From: an uncultured Gammaproteobacteria bacterium
GTDB lineage: Bacteria > Patescibacteriota > Patescibacteriia > JAHIZJ01
Assembly: GCA_964371245.1 (NCBI GenBank)
Contig: CAYJKP010000001.1
Coordinates: forward strand, 571,042 to 635,041
DNA: 64,000 nucleotides
Direction: 5' to 3'
The notes beneath the pieces are model-generated. The model made no database searches. It had not been told where the DNA came from and saw only the letters and a list, made by a program, of their open reading frames with translations. A program made the translations under genes and the position numbers. Shown here piece after piece: positions 9,730 to 19,413 of this stretch (position 1 is its first letter; each line of letters opens with the position of its first letter).

Positions 9730-11151
9730 TTATTTTCTCGGGAATAACGAGTCGCCTTTTTTTACCTTTGGTCCGACAAATTGCTGCAGTATACGCTGGC
9801 TGGCGAGCGGCATAAACGGATCAAGTAAATCCGCGACGATGCGAATCTGCTCGACGGTTTTGCGCAACACATCCGCCCGGTGTTCGTTTTCTTCGGCTGG
9901 TATTTTCCATGGCGCCTGCTCATCGAGAAATTTATTGGCCGCGTAGATCAACCCGAAGATTTCCTTCAACGCATTATCAAATTGGAGCAGTTCCAAATGT
10001 TTTTTCACTTTTTCTTTAACATCCTTGCCGGATTCCGCCGCCGCCGATATCTCGACGGAATACTTCTCGCACAAAGTAGCGGTCCGACTGACCAAATTAC
10101 CCAAGCTGTTCGCCAGGTGCGCGTTATATTGTTCGGTGAATAGGTCTTTCTTTATATCGCCGTCCTGGCCAAATGGAAATTGCGACAATAATAAATACCG
10201 AGCCGCGTCTGATCCGTAGGTCTCCACGAGCGTATTCGGATCGATGACGTTGCCGATCGTTTTGCTCATCTTCTGCTTGTTGATCGTGAAAAATCCGTGC
10301 GCGAATATCTGCTTCGGCACCGGCTCACCGGCGGCCAGCAAGAGCGCCGGCCAATACACGGCGTGGAATTTTATAATATCCTTGGCCATGAGATGAATAT
10401 CAGCCGGCCACCAGCTTTGATAGATGCCGCTGGCGGTGCCATACCCGATGGCCGAAATATAATTCTGGAGCGCTTCCACCCAGACATAGCAATTGTGCTT
10501 GGGATCGAATGGCAACGGTATCCCCCACCGGACCTTTTCCCGCGAAACCGAAAAGTCCTGAAGCCCCTGCTTGAATAATCCAAGGACTTCCTTTTTCCGC
10601 TCAATCGGACGAATCAATATTTCATCCCGTTCGATCAACGCCCGAACGTCCGGAAGGTATTTATTCAGTTTAAAAAAGTAGTTTTGTTCTTTGATCAGCT
10701 TCAGCTTCACGAGATGGTCAGGGCACTTGCCATTGACCAGTTCCTTCTCGGTATAAAAGCGTTCGCAAGCAACGCAATAGAGACCTTCATACACGCCTTC
10801 ATAGAGGGCGCCGACGTCCATGAGTTTTTGCATGAATATTTGGACCGCTTCAACGTGTCTTTCCTCGGTGGTTCTGATAAAATCATCATATTTGATGTTA
10901 CAATTCCGCCATGACAGAATAAAAAGCTCGGACATTTCATCGACGAATTCCTTCGGTGTTTGACCGGCTTTTTTTGCGCTTTCGGCCACTTTGGCCCCAT
11001 GCTCGTCAGTACCGGTCAAGAAAAAGACTTTTTCGCCGAGTTTCCGGTGAAACCGCGCCAAGACATCAGCCGCAATCGTCGTGTAGGCGTGCCCAATATG
11101 CGGCCGGTCATTGACGTAGTAGATGGGGGTGGTGATGTAGAATTTTTTCAT
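9730..11151 (-). CDS. metG: Methionine--tRNA ligase (short form)
   Basis: YITTPIYYVN..PHIGH, KMSKT; start at MKKFY. Confidence 0.97.
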   Translation of the reverse strand: MKKFYITTPIYYVNDRPHIGHAYTTIAADVLARFHRKLGEKVFFLTGTDEHGAKVAESAKKAGQTPKEFVDEMSELFILSWRNCNIKYDDFIRTTEERHVEAVQIFMQKLMDVGALYEGVYEGLYCVACERFYTEKELVNGKCPDHLVKLKLIKEQNYFFKLNKYLPDVRALIERDEILIRPIERKKEVLGLFKQGLQDFSVSREKVRWGIPLPFDPKHNCYVWVEALQNYISAIGYGTASGIYQSWWPADIHLMAKDIIKFHAVYWPALLLAAGEPVPKQIFAHGFFTINKQKMSKTIGNVIDPNTLVETYGSDAARYLLLSQFPFGQDGDIKKDLFTEQYNAHLANSLGNLVSRTATLCEKYSVEISAAAESGKDVKEKVKKHLELLQFDNALKEIFGLIYAANKFLDEQAPWKIPAEENEHRADVLRKTVEQIRIVADLLDPFMPLASQRILQQFVGPKVKKGDSLFPRK

Positions 11152-11846
11152 GGTTGTGTGTACGTTACACCCGAGACAATAACAACAAACTCGCCGCGAA
11201 TATGGTCGGGATGCGCCTGATAGTACTGGTGGCAGGCGGCAATCGGGCCGCGCCAGCATTCTTCGAATTTCTTGGTCAATTCGCGCGCCACAAAAACAAT
11301 ACGTTCAGGCGTAAGGATTTCATTAAGTCGATCGAGTGTTTTCATAAAGCGATGCGGCGATTCGTAAAAAATAATTGTTTCATCGCTCTCGACAATGCGT
11401 TTGAAAAGCGTTTCGCGCCCTTTTTTATGGGGCAGGAAACCCAGAAAAGTAAAATGATCGGTCGGCAAACCACTCGCGCTGGCTGCGACCGTCAGCGCCG
11501 ACGCCCCAGGAATAGCTTCGATGCGAACCGCCGAACCAAGTTTGCGGTTGACGTATTCAACAAGCACATTCCCGGGATCGGAAATGCCAGGCGTGCCCGC
11601 ATCAGAGACCAGCGCGATTTTTTCGCCCTGACGCAGATATTCCACGATGTCATCCAGCCGCTCGATTCGACTGTGCTGGTGGTAACTGAGTAGCGGTTTG
11701 TCGATTTGAAAATGTGACAAGAGCTTTCTTGTCACCCGCGTGTCCTCGCAGAGAATGCGATCAGCTTCCCGTAATATCCGTATCGCCCGAAGACTCGTAT
11801 CTTCCAAATTGCCAATCGGCGTAGCCACAACAAAAAGCGTGCCCAT
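11148..11846 (-). CDS. rsmI: 16S rRNA (cytidine1402-2'-O)-methyltransferase
   Basis: LFVVATPIGNLED, SDAGTPGISDPG, YESPHR, RELTKKFEE. Confidence 0.97.
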   Translation of the reverse strand: MGTLFVVATPIGNLEDTSLRAIRILREADRILCEDTRVTRKLLSHFQIDKPLLSYHQHSRIERLDDIVEYLRQGEKIALVSDAGTPGISDPGNVLVEYVNRKLGSAVRIEAIPGASALTVAASASGLPTDHFTFLGFLPHKKGRETLFKRIVESDETIIFYESPHRFMKTLDRLNEILTPERIVFVARELTKKFEECWRGPIAACHQYYQAHPDHIRGEFVVIVSGVTYTQP

Positions 11847-11849
11847 GGG

Positions 11850-12911
11850 TCATTCCGAGTCAGGCTCAAGCGCGTTATCTTTGTCGCGTTGCTTGCCGAA
11901 AAAATCGCTCATGAGTACCTGAATAATCGCCGCTGTCGGGATAGCTAAGATAACGCCGAAAAATCCGCCCAGTCGACCGCCGATCAGCATGGCAACGATG
12001 ACCACAATAGGATTCAGGCCGACCGCTTTCTGCATCACCTTCGGCACGATCAAATTGTTTTCTAATTGTTGTACGAGAATATAGAGAATGAGGACGAGCA
12101 ACGCTTTTATCGGCGACTGGGCAAAGCTTAAAAACAAGGCGGGTATGGCGCTGATAATCGGTCCAATCATCGGCACCGCTTCAAGAAGACCGGCGATCAA
12201 GGCCAGGACGAGGGCATATTTCACGCCGAGGATCGACAGACCGATATAGCTCATCAAGAAAATAATGAAGCAGAGCAATAATTGTCCCCGTAACCAGGAA
12301 CCGAGTTTCGAAGTAATGCGATTCCCGAGATGCGTCAGATAGGGCTGGTACTGCGTCGGCGATATGGAATGAAGCGACTTCTTCCAACCATCGCGTTCCA
12401 GCGTCAGATAAAACGCAATAACCATAATGCTCAAGAATGACGCAAAGCCGCCGAATATGCTGATCAAGCTCGAAAATACTCCGGACGCGGCCTGGCTCAG
12501 ACCTTTGTTAATCTGTTCAAGCGATGACTGGATACTCGCGACCACGGCCGTGTCAGTGCTTGAGGTTTGCAATGCTTTGAATCCTTGAACGATCTTGTTG
12601 TAATAATTTGGAAAAGCCGAAATAATCGCTCCAATCTGTTCGGTCAGCGGTGGGATGATCAACGCGACAATCAGGCCAAAAATGCCGAGAAAGATCGCAT
12701 ACAGGATGGCTGTGCCGAGAACGCGCGGTACTTTTCGGTCCTGGAGCCAATCAACCCAGGGCGAGATACCGGCCATAATGATCAGCGCCACGTAAAGAAT
12801 CCCGACCACGTTTCGGATCGTAAAAACGAACCAAATCGCAATAATAATAAGAATTACCTTAAAAATCGAGCCGGTTGAAATCGTAATCGTGGTTTTGTCT
12901 TTTTCCGCCAT
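11850..12911 (-). CDS. AI-2E family transporter
   Basis: Multi-TM, VQQLENNLIVPKVM..VGLNP motif. Confidence 0.92.
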   Translation of the reverse strand: MAEKDKTTITISTGSIFKVILIIIAIWFVFTIRNVVGILYVALIIMAGISPWVDWLQDRKVPRVLGTAILYAIFLGIFGLIVALIIPPLTEQIGAIISAFPNYYNKIVQGFKALQTSSTDTAVVASIQSSLEQINKGLSQAASGVFSSLISIFGGFASFLSIMVIAFYLTLERDGWKKSLHSISPTQYQPYLTHLGNRITSKLGSWLRGQLLLCFIIFLMSYIGLSILGVKYALVLALIAGLLEAVPMIGPIISAIPALFLSFAQSPIKALLVLILYILVQQLENNLIVPKVMQKAVGLNPIVVIVAMLIGGRLGGFFGVILAIPTAAIIQVLMSDFFGKQRDKDNALEPDSE

Positions 12912-12954
12912 AGTCGCTTCCTAGTATACTAAAAATATGTCTACTCGGCAATTA

Positions 12955-14232
12955 TTACAACGATCGGAGAACAATGCGTTTAAGGGGCTGGGTTTTGCGG
13001 ATCGGGCCAATCGCGGCCAGATTGAAAATCGGTTTCCGAAATATGCGCTGGGCGAGCCGTTTCAGCTTGAACGCAGTCACGGCGTTGATCTTCGCTAAAC
13101 GTTCTTCGGGCGTTTCAACCTTCCGAAGCAGCGCTTCCTGCCGGCCGTACCACGACGCGAGATGGCTTGAATCTTCAAGCTCGAGGATCATTTTGCCGCG
13201 CACAAACTGTTTGGCTTTCGCCAGCTCCGCGTCCGTAATACCGGAGCGTTTCACTTTTTTCAACTCTTCGAGAATCGCCGTAACCGCCAGATTGAGCCTG
13301 GTTTTATCAATACCGGCCTGAATGCAAAAAGCCCCGGTATCCTCGTATGGATTAACGCTGGCATGGATGAAATACGCCAGGCCCTGCCGCTCCCGAATCG
13401 AGATAAACAGACGCGAGCTCATGTTGCCTCCAAGGATGATACTCAGAAGCTCGAGCGCCGGCAGGTCACGGTCAGTGTACGACAGCGCCGGAAAACCGAG
13501 GCAAAGTTGGACCTGCTCGGTTTTTTTATATTGCACGGTGAGCCGCGGCTGCTGCTGGCGCCGTCGAAATAGCGGCGCTGGCTCCACTGACCGGCCGCGT
13601 CGCCATGAGCCGAAATAATCGGTGATCTGTTTTTTTACGGCGTTATCCACCGGTCCCGCGACAACCACCACCGCGTTCCGGGCGGTGTAATACCGGCTGA
13701 AGTAATCGACCACGCTTGACCGTCGCAAGGCGCGGATATTCGCCCGCGAACCGGCAATCAGACGGCCGAGCGGGTGATGTTTCCCAAAGACCGTTTGTTC
13801 AAAGAGGTCCTCGACATACATCAAGGGGTTGTCCTCGTACATGTTTATTTCTTCGACGATGACGCCCTTTTCACGTTGAACTTCAGCCGGATCAAATTTC
13901 GAGCTGAGCACCATGTCAGACAAGACGTCGAGGGCCAATTTAATCTTCGAGCGATGGATTTTTATATAGTAGGCAGTGTGATCTTTTGAGGTAAAGGCGT
14001 TATATTCGGCACCCACTTGATCGAGCGCTTTTGATATTTCGAGCGTGGACGGACGTCTTTTCGTACCTTTGAACATCATGTGCTCGAGAAAATGAGAAAT
14101 ACCGTTCAGCCGTGGCGTTTCACACCGCGAGCCGACTTTTACGACGACAAAAAGGGTAATGGCTTCGGAGCCGGGTCGCGGTACCATGAGAACGCGCAAA
14201 CCGTTTTTCAAAACGGTCTTTTTGTATTTCAT
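12955..14232 (-). CDS. M16 (pitrilysin) family Zn peptidase
   Basis: HFLEHMMFKGT inverted zincin motif, NAFTS, GGNMSSRLF. Confidence 0.95.
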   Translation of the reverse strand: MKYKKTVLKNGLRVLMVPRPGSEAITLFVVVKVGSRCETPRLNGISHFLEHMMFKGTKRRPSTLEISKALDQVGAEYNAFTSKDHTAYYIKIHRSKIKLALDVLSDMVLSSKFDPAEVQREKGVIVEEINMYEDNPLMYVEDLFEQTVFGKHHPLGRLIAGSRANIRALRRSSVVDYFSRYYTARNAVVVVAGPVDNAVKKQITDYFGSWRRGRSVEPAPLFRRRQQQPRLTVQYKKTEQVQLCLGFPALSYTDRDLPALELLSIILGGNMSSRLFISIRERQGLAYFIHASVNPYEDTGAFCIQAGIDKTRLNLAVTAILEELKKVKRSGITDAELAKAKQFVRGKMILELEDSSHLASWYGRQEALLRKVETPEERLAKINAVTAFKLKRLAQRIFRKPIFNLAAIGPIRKTQPLKRIVLRSL

Positions 14233-15545
14233 AACAGCTTTTCGTTTAAAATCGTCGGTAATTCAGCCAATGCGACGCGTTCCTGCTTCATGCTATCACG
14301 GTCACGGATGGTGACTTTTTTATCCTCGAGAGTGTCAAAGTCAACCGTCACGCAAAAGGGCGTACCGATCTCGTCCTGGCGGCGGTAGCGCCGGCCGATC
14401 GAGGCCACGTCGTCGTACGCGCACATAAATTTACTCTTGAGCTCATCGTAAATCTTCTGTGCCGCCGCCGCTAACGGTTCTTTTTTCGACAACGGCAAGA
14501 TCGCCACTTTTATCGGCGCTAAACTTTTGTGGAGATGCAGGACGACTTCCTTGTCTTTATTGCTTTCGGTCGTGGTTGTCCGGCCGCCTTCGATCTCGTC
14601 GTAGGCGTCCAGCAAGAACGCCAGGGCTGACCGTTCCACGCCGAAGGAGGGTTCAATAACGTATGGCACAAATTCTTCCTTTTCATCCTTATATTTCAGG
14701 CCGTGCGCCTTGAGATCAAAATCCGTCCGGTTGGCGATGCCCATGAGCTCGCCCCAGCCCTTATCAAACGGCCAGTTATATTCAATATCGACTGTCTCTT
14801 TCGCGTAATGGGCCAGTTCGTCTTTCGCCTGCTTATGTTCGCGAATGTTTTCTTTCTTAATGCCGAGATCGCGAAACCATTTCACGCTATCGGCCACAAG
14901 GGTTTTGAACCATGTATCATCCTCGCCGGGCTTCACAAAATATTCCAGCTCCATCTGTTCGAATTCGCGTGTCCGGAAGATGAAATTCCCCGGCGTTATT
15001 TCGTTGCGAAAGGCTTTTCCGATCTGGGCGATGCCAAACGGCACCTTTAACCGGGATGTTTGAAGAACGTTTTCGAAATTAATGAATATATTTTGCGCAG
15101 TCTCAGGTCGTAAGTACGCCGTTGAGCCAGTATTTTCCACCGGACCGACAAACGTCCGAAACATAAGATTGAAATCCTTCGCCGGTTCGAAGTCTTTCTG
15201 GCCGCAATCCGGACATTTCGATGCCGCCGTCAGATCGTCTTGTTTGAATCGATGATGACAATTTTTACACTCAACGAGTTTGTCCGAAAATCCGACGAGG
15301 TGGCCGCTTTTTTTCCAAACTTCCGGATTCGTTACGATCGCGCTGTCCAGGCCGACCACATCGCGCCGTTCCTGGACAAAGCGCTTCCACCAGACCCGCT
15401 TAATATTGTTTTTCAGCTCAACACCGAGCGGACCCCAATCCCAAAAACCGCCGAGCCCGCCGTATTTTTCCGCGGTTGGAAAAATGAAGCCCCGGCGCTT
15501 AGCCAATGACACTAATTTCTCCATTATTACCTTGTCTCTTGACAT
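14229..15545 (-). CDS. glyS: Glycine--tRNA ligase (homodimeric type)
   Basis: LRPETAQ, FRNEITP, REFEQME, SIGRRYRRQDEIGTP. Confidence 0.97.
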   Translation of the reverse strand: MSRDKVIMEKLVSLAKRRGFIFPTAEKYGGLGGFWDWGPLGVELKNNIKRVWWKRFVQERRDVVGLDSAIVTNPEVWKKSGHLVGFSDKLVECKNCHHRFKQDDLTAASKCPDCGQKDFEPAKDFNLMFRTFVGPVENTGSTAYLRPETAQNIFINFENVLQTSRLKVPFGIAQIGKAFRNEITPGNFIFRTREFEQMELEYFVKPGEDDTWFKTLVADSVKWFRDLGIKKENIREHKQAKDELAHYAKETVDIEYNWPFDKGWGELMGIANRTDFDLKAHGLKYKDEKEEFVPYVIEPSFGVERSALAFLLDAYDEIEGGRTTTTESNKDKEVVLHLHKSLAPIKVAILPLSKKEPLAAAAQKIYDELKSKFMCAYDDVASIGRRYRRQDEIGTPFCVTVDFDTLEDKKVTIRDRDSMKQERVALAELPTILNEKLL

Positions 15546-15630
15546 ATTATTGAAAATAGTATAATCTACCTGCGTCAGATACAGAAGTAACCACTCAGAA
15601 ACGGAACGAACCCTAGGAAAGGGCAAAGAC

Positions 15631-15894
15631 ATGGACTACGTTCTCATGACCGTCGTCGATGAGCGCGGCCAGACCCTTTCTGGTCCGCTCCCTACTGCCA
15701 CTCTACCTACTCGCGGAGAAGTCGTCCACGGATGCGGCCGGATCGTCTCGATCCAGACCTTTCCCGGAACACCGACGCGTGTCAGAGTGAAGGTCACAAC
15801 CCATCCGTACGTCTGCTACACCGTCTATCAGCTGTCACTCGTCGATGAGAGCAACAACCCCTTTGTCTTAGACGTACCCCTCTGCTACAACTAG
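15631..15894 (+). CDS. Hypothetical protein
   Basis: ORF divergent from glyS, purine-rich SD, downstream GC stem plus U-tract. Confidence 0.55.
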   Translation: MDYVLMTVVDERGQTLSGPLPTATLPTRGEVVHGCGRIVSIQTFPGTPTRVRVKVTTHPYVCYTVYQLSLVDESNNPFVLDVPLCYN

Positions 15895-16101
15895 CCGAGG
15901 TGACTGCGCGCGCGGCCTCGTTGCTGCGCCCCGCCGGGCTTTCCGAGCCTTGTAACCCCCGAGGACTTTGAAACGCCCGGCTTTTCTTTTTGCAAAAAAC
16001 TCCAGCTTATTATAGCTGGTTTTATTGAAAATCGCAAACTTTCTTACACTGATTATCTTTACCCGCACTTGACAATCACGTCTAGCTATGATACTTTGCT
16101 T

Positions 16102-16185
16102 TGTCAGCTCTGCGTGGTGCGCATAGAATCGTGATGGGGACCGTGTGGGTTGCCCGCCGATAGAATGCGGCCAGAGACGCTGACA
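16102..16185 (+). promoter_or_regulatory. Structured 5' UTR, candidate cis-regulatory RNA
   Basis: TGTCAGC/GCTGACA closing stem enclosing GCAT-AGA-ATCG/CGAT-AGA-ATGC; lies between promoter TTGACA-17-TACTTT and GGAGG SD. Confidence 0.45.
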
Positions 16186-16196
16186 CGGAGGAACCG

Positions 16197-16496
16197 ATGA
16201 ACAGCCCGAAGTACCAGTCCATGAGCGAGCCCGGTGGCCTGTATGGACACCATCTCCTGGACCTGATCGTCGAAGTCGAAAAAGGTGAGCCGGTGGGCCG
16301 GATGTTCTCGATGTCGTTCGACGACGACGTGGACTCGGCCGTCAAGCTCGCCACCGACACGCTGGTGCGACGCAGCACCCCCAGCGGCACCGAACTCGCC
16401 GTGAAGGTCGACAACAAGATCACCTACCTGGATGGCGGCCGCCGCAAGGTTGACGTCTGGGTGACGATCACGAAGGCTTCGGGCGCTGCCTCCTAG
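16197..16496 (+). CDS. Hypothetical protein
   Basis: GGAGG SD, strong GC3 codon bias, terminator downstream. Confidence 0.75.
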   Translation: MNSPKYQSMSEPGGLYGHHLLDLIVEVEKGEPVGRMFSMSFDDDVDSAVKLATDTLVRRSTPSGTELAVKVDNKITYLDGGRRKVDVWVTITKASGAAS

Positions 16497-16585
16497 TACC
16501 CGAACCGTTACTACCTGGATTTCCGAACGCTTCCGAGCGTTTGTGAGATCCAGTCTTTTTTTAATAAAAAAGCCCGAGCGAATGC

Positions 16586-16816
16586 TCAGGCGCGAGGCGG
16601 TGCCGGTCTATCCGTCCACCGTCCCTGTTTGTGATACCCGCAACTACTGCACTGGATGACCAAGTCGCCGCCCGCAAGTCGGGTGCAACCGGCTGTGCTG
16701 CGGCAATCCGGGCATTCCACCAGACAATTGCGTGCTTCCCGATTCGCAAACTGATGCTCGATGTAGGCAGCCATTTCAGGATCGAGCTGCCGCCTCAGGT
16801 CCAGGCAAATCCTCAT
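16586..16816 (-). CDS. Small zinc-ribbon protein
   Basis: CPDC...CSSC motif, AGGAGG SD, overlaps end of upstream ORF. Confidence 0.65.
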   Translation of the reverse strand: MRICLDLRRQLDPEMAAYIEHQFANREARNCLVECPDCRSTAGCTRLAGGDLVIQCSSCGYHKQGRWTDRPAPPRA

Positions 16817-18059
16817 GTCCCGTCCTCCTGTCTGCCATTTCCGTGAGGTTGCCGGTCAGTTTCTGCGAGGACTGCTTCAGTAATTCCCGGGCATCTGACA
16901 ACATGCTCCGATCACGCGCTTGCACGAACGCGAATGCCTCTCTGACCAGGGAAATCGCGTCCGCAGTCACCGGCTGGGCAAAACCGGTTTCGTCGATCTG
17001 CCTGAGCAACAGGAGGCTGTGCTCAAGCTGTCGTTCTGCCGTAACCCAACCGAATGAGCGCTTCTTCTCGAGCAGGGCCCGGAGCATCAGATAGATGACG
17101 CGTTCGATCACGATCTGCGCCTGCTTCAGCCGGGCGGACATGAGTGAACGGCTGGCCAGCTGGCGGTACTCTGCCAGACTGCCAGCCACTAGACATTCGG
17201 CACCCGCACGCAACTCCTGGCTGATGTAACGGGCATTAACAACGTACGGCCGGTAATCAACGCCGTCAAGCTCCTGGGCCAGAATGAGCTGGTAGTGGTG
17301 GATCCGCCGGACATCCCGCCGATCAGCCGACGCAAAGGCGGACGGCTGCACCACCAGCTCGAGATAGTCCGTCAGCCGGCCGAACACATAGTTGGCCCAG
17401 CAGATGAGGTTCAGGAACACCTTTTCCCGCATAGCCACCACCGGTTCGATCCGCATGATCGCTTGCATAAGCCGCTCTTCGGTCAGATCCATGAGCTTCA
17501 GAGTCTGAGCCAGCAGCGCACCTTCATTCGGCCGGCCGAGACGATCGCGGGCGTCGCTCATCCGGTCGAGGATTTCAAGGATCTCTCGCTTCGGCAGACT
17601 GCGCGGCCGCTGCATTCCCGGCTTCCGGAGAATCTGTCGGGCAATCGGTCGCAACCGAGCGGCGTACTCATCGGCATTGTTCCAGCGCAAGCCGACCACC
17701 GCGCGATTCAAGGCCTGCGCCAAGTTCCTGACTTCCAGGATAGTCAGCTTCTCGCCTTGACCAAGCGTCAGGCCGTACTGGGCCAGGACGGCCAGTACCT
17801 GACGAAAGGCCTTGTACGAGCCGTCAACCAGCTGGAAGCGGAGGTGTTCCGGTTTCCAGCGGTAGCGGCGGCGATTGGCGATCAGCTCATCGAGAACTTC
17901 TTCCCAGCGCGGCACGGCGATGAACCCGCTGAATTCGGACGGTCGGGTGACCACCGCGATATCGCTGCCAAAGACATCCACCCGGCCGAATATGTCTTTC
18001 GGCCGATCCCGAACATAGACCCTGATCGGCAAAACGGAATCACTTCCAATCGGACGCAT
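16776..18059 (-). CDS. Hypothetical alpha-helical protein
   Basis: Long ORF, GGAGG SD before ATG 18059; no recognisable motif. Confidence 0.75.
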   Translation of the reverse strand: MRPIGSDSVLPIRVYVRDRPKDIFGRVDVFGSDIAVVTRPSEFSGFIAVPRWEEVLDELIANRRRYRWKPEHLRFQLVDGSYKAFRQVLAVLAQYGLTLGQGEKLTILEVRNLAQALNRAVVGLRWNNADEYAARLRPIARQILRKPGMQRPRSLPKREILEILDRMSDARDRLGRPNEGALLAQTLKLMDLTEERLMQAIMRIEPVVAMREKVFLNLICWANYVFGRLTDYLELVVQPSAFASADRRDVRRIHHYQLILAQELDGVDYRPYVVNARYISQELRAGAECLVAGSLAEYRQLASRSLMSARLKQAQIVIERVIYLMLRALLEKKRSFGWVTAERQLEHSLLLLRQIDETGFAQPVTADAISLVREAFAFVQARDRSMLSDARELLKQSSQKLTGNLTEMADRRTGHEDLPGPEAAARS

Positions 18060-18158
18060 ATCGAGACCCTCCCGTGGCTGATGGTTTGCTGACAATCGGA
18101 CATTCCGAAGCTGTATCGTAGGCGGAACTACCTACTTTGTCAAGATATTTGAGTTACA

Positions 18159-18188
18159 ATAAAAGACCTGCTCAAGCGGGTCTTTTAT
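18159..18188. terminator. Bidirectional intrinsic terminator
   Basis: ATAAAAGACCTGC-TCAA-GCGGGTCTTTTAT. Confidence 0.75.
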
Positions 18189-18205
18189 ATGTTGCGAACC
18201 TTATA

Positions 18206-18910
18206 TTACTTATTGAATGCCACGCCGTACACCTTCCAACTATTCCCGTCCTTGGTGAGATCAACCTCAACCGGATATTTTTCTCCGCTCGTGGTTGTGT
18301 ATTCTCCGATTACCACAGCGTTTGTCCCGGTCGCGTCGGACGTGACATCAGCCGAGGTAAATTTTACTTTTGCATAAGCGCTGACATGGGTGCTTTCTGA
18401 CAGATAGCTTTTGAATTCATCAAGCGTACCTTGACTGCGAAATTCCGGCGCCGCATTGTTATAGGCCTGCTCTATCTTCCCCGTACCGATATTATCCATA
18501 AATTGCGTGGCGCCCTTGATCGGCGCTCGCGTGACGGCAAAGGTCGTGACTATGGCAAAACTGATGAGTGCTAGCCAAATGACGAAGAAGACGATGCCGA
18601 TATAGTCAAGCGTTTTTTGACGTTTCTTGAACGTGTCAAAATCACGCCACTCTCCTTTTTGCCAGGACATCCGCCGGCCGCGAAAGATGCCTTTGAACCA
18701 GAGATAAATGTTGAAAAATGGAACCAACATGAGCAACGCCTCTTTCATTAGGCCGCTGGCCAGAAAATAGATCAGCCCAAGCGAGAACGCACCGAATGAA
18801 GGGCGATGAATGAACGATTGCTGATCCGGCGTGACCATACTCGGTACGGTTTTTGCCGGTGGCGGAGGCGGCACCGGATTTGGCGGCGTCCGCGGTTGAG
18901 TGTTTTCCAT
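18206..18910 (-). CDS. Membrane protein with C-terminal extracytoplasmic DUF4864/DUF3887-like domain
   Basis: Pro-rich N-terminus, SFGAFSLGLIYF TM segment, IEQAYN...WKVYG domain. Confidence 0.75.
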   Translation of the reverse strand: MENTQPRTPPNPVPPPPPAKTVPSMVTPDQQSFIHRPSFGAFSLGLIYFLASGLMKEALLMLVPFFNIYLWFKGIFRGRRMSWQKGEWRDFDTFKKRQKTLDYIGIVFFVIWLALISFAIVTTFAVTRAPIKGATQFMDNIGTGKIEQAYNNAAPEFRSQGTLDEFKSYLSESTHVSAYAKVKFTSADVTSDATGTNAVVIGEYTTTSGEKYPVEVDLTKDGNSWKVYGVAFNK

Positions 18911-18996
18911 TTTTATTCCATCATTAATAATCCACGGTGATATCGGATGCATCACTACTCTTTTTCCTCTCCGCCAAAATCCGTATCGCCCGCAAA

Positions 18997-19374
18997 TTAT
19001 AAGGTCGATTGTACTGCCAAGGCCGAGACAATGCCCATGACCAGGCCAAACGCGAACGATATGATCAGCACAACGATCCCGATTTTATCAAGCAGTTTTT
19101 GGCGATTTTGGTAGGTCGTAAAATCTGCCCATTGCCCCTTTTCCCAGGACATTTTCCGGCCGCGGATGATGCCGCGAATCCAAATGTACAGATTGACAAT
19201 CGGAACGAGTGATAAGAGGGCATCGATCATCAAACCGCTGGCCAGAAAATAGATCAGCCCCAGGCTGAAGGCGCCGAATGAGCCGCGTCCGATAAACGCC
19301 GCTTGTTCTGGAGTTACCGTTTTTGCCGCCGGAGCCGGGGGCGTGGGGACGGTTCCCGCTGGTTGGTTTTCCAT
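18997..19374 (-). CDS. Membrane protein, short paralog of 18206-18910
   Basis: Shares SFGAFSLGLIYFLASGLM and GR.MSW.KG.W. Confidence 0.8.
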   Translation of the reverse strand: MENQPAGTVPTPPAPAAKTVTPEQAAFIGRGSFGAFSLGLIYFLASGLMIDALLSLVPIVNLYIWIRGIIRGRKMSWEKGQWADFTTYQNRQKLLDKIGIVVLIISFAFGLVMGIVSALAVQSTL

Positions 19375-19413
19375 GTTTGTTTTTGTTTACTTATTAACTG
19401 CCTTTTAAGCCTT

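Noticed and set aside
15631-18059. Orphan cluster as a prophage or defence island
   Set aside because: No integrase, structural, nuclease or ATPase motifs recognised; cannot be supported without a search.
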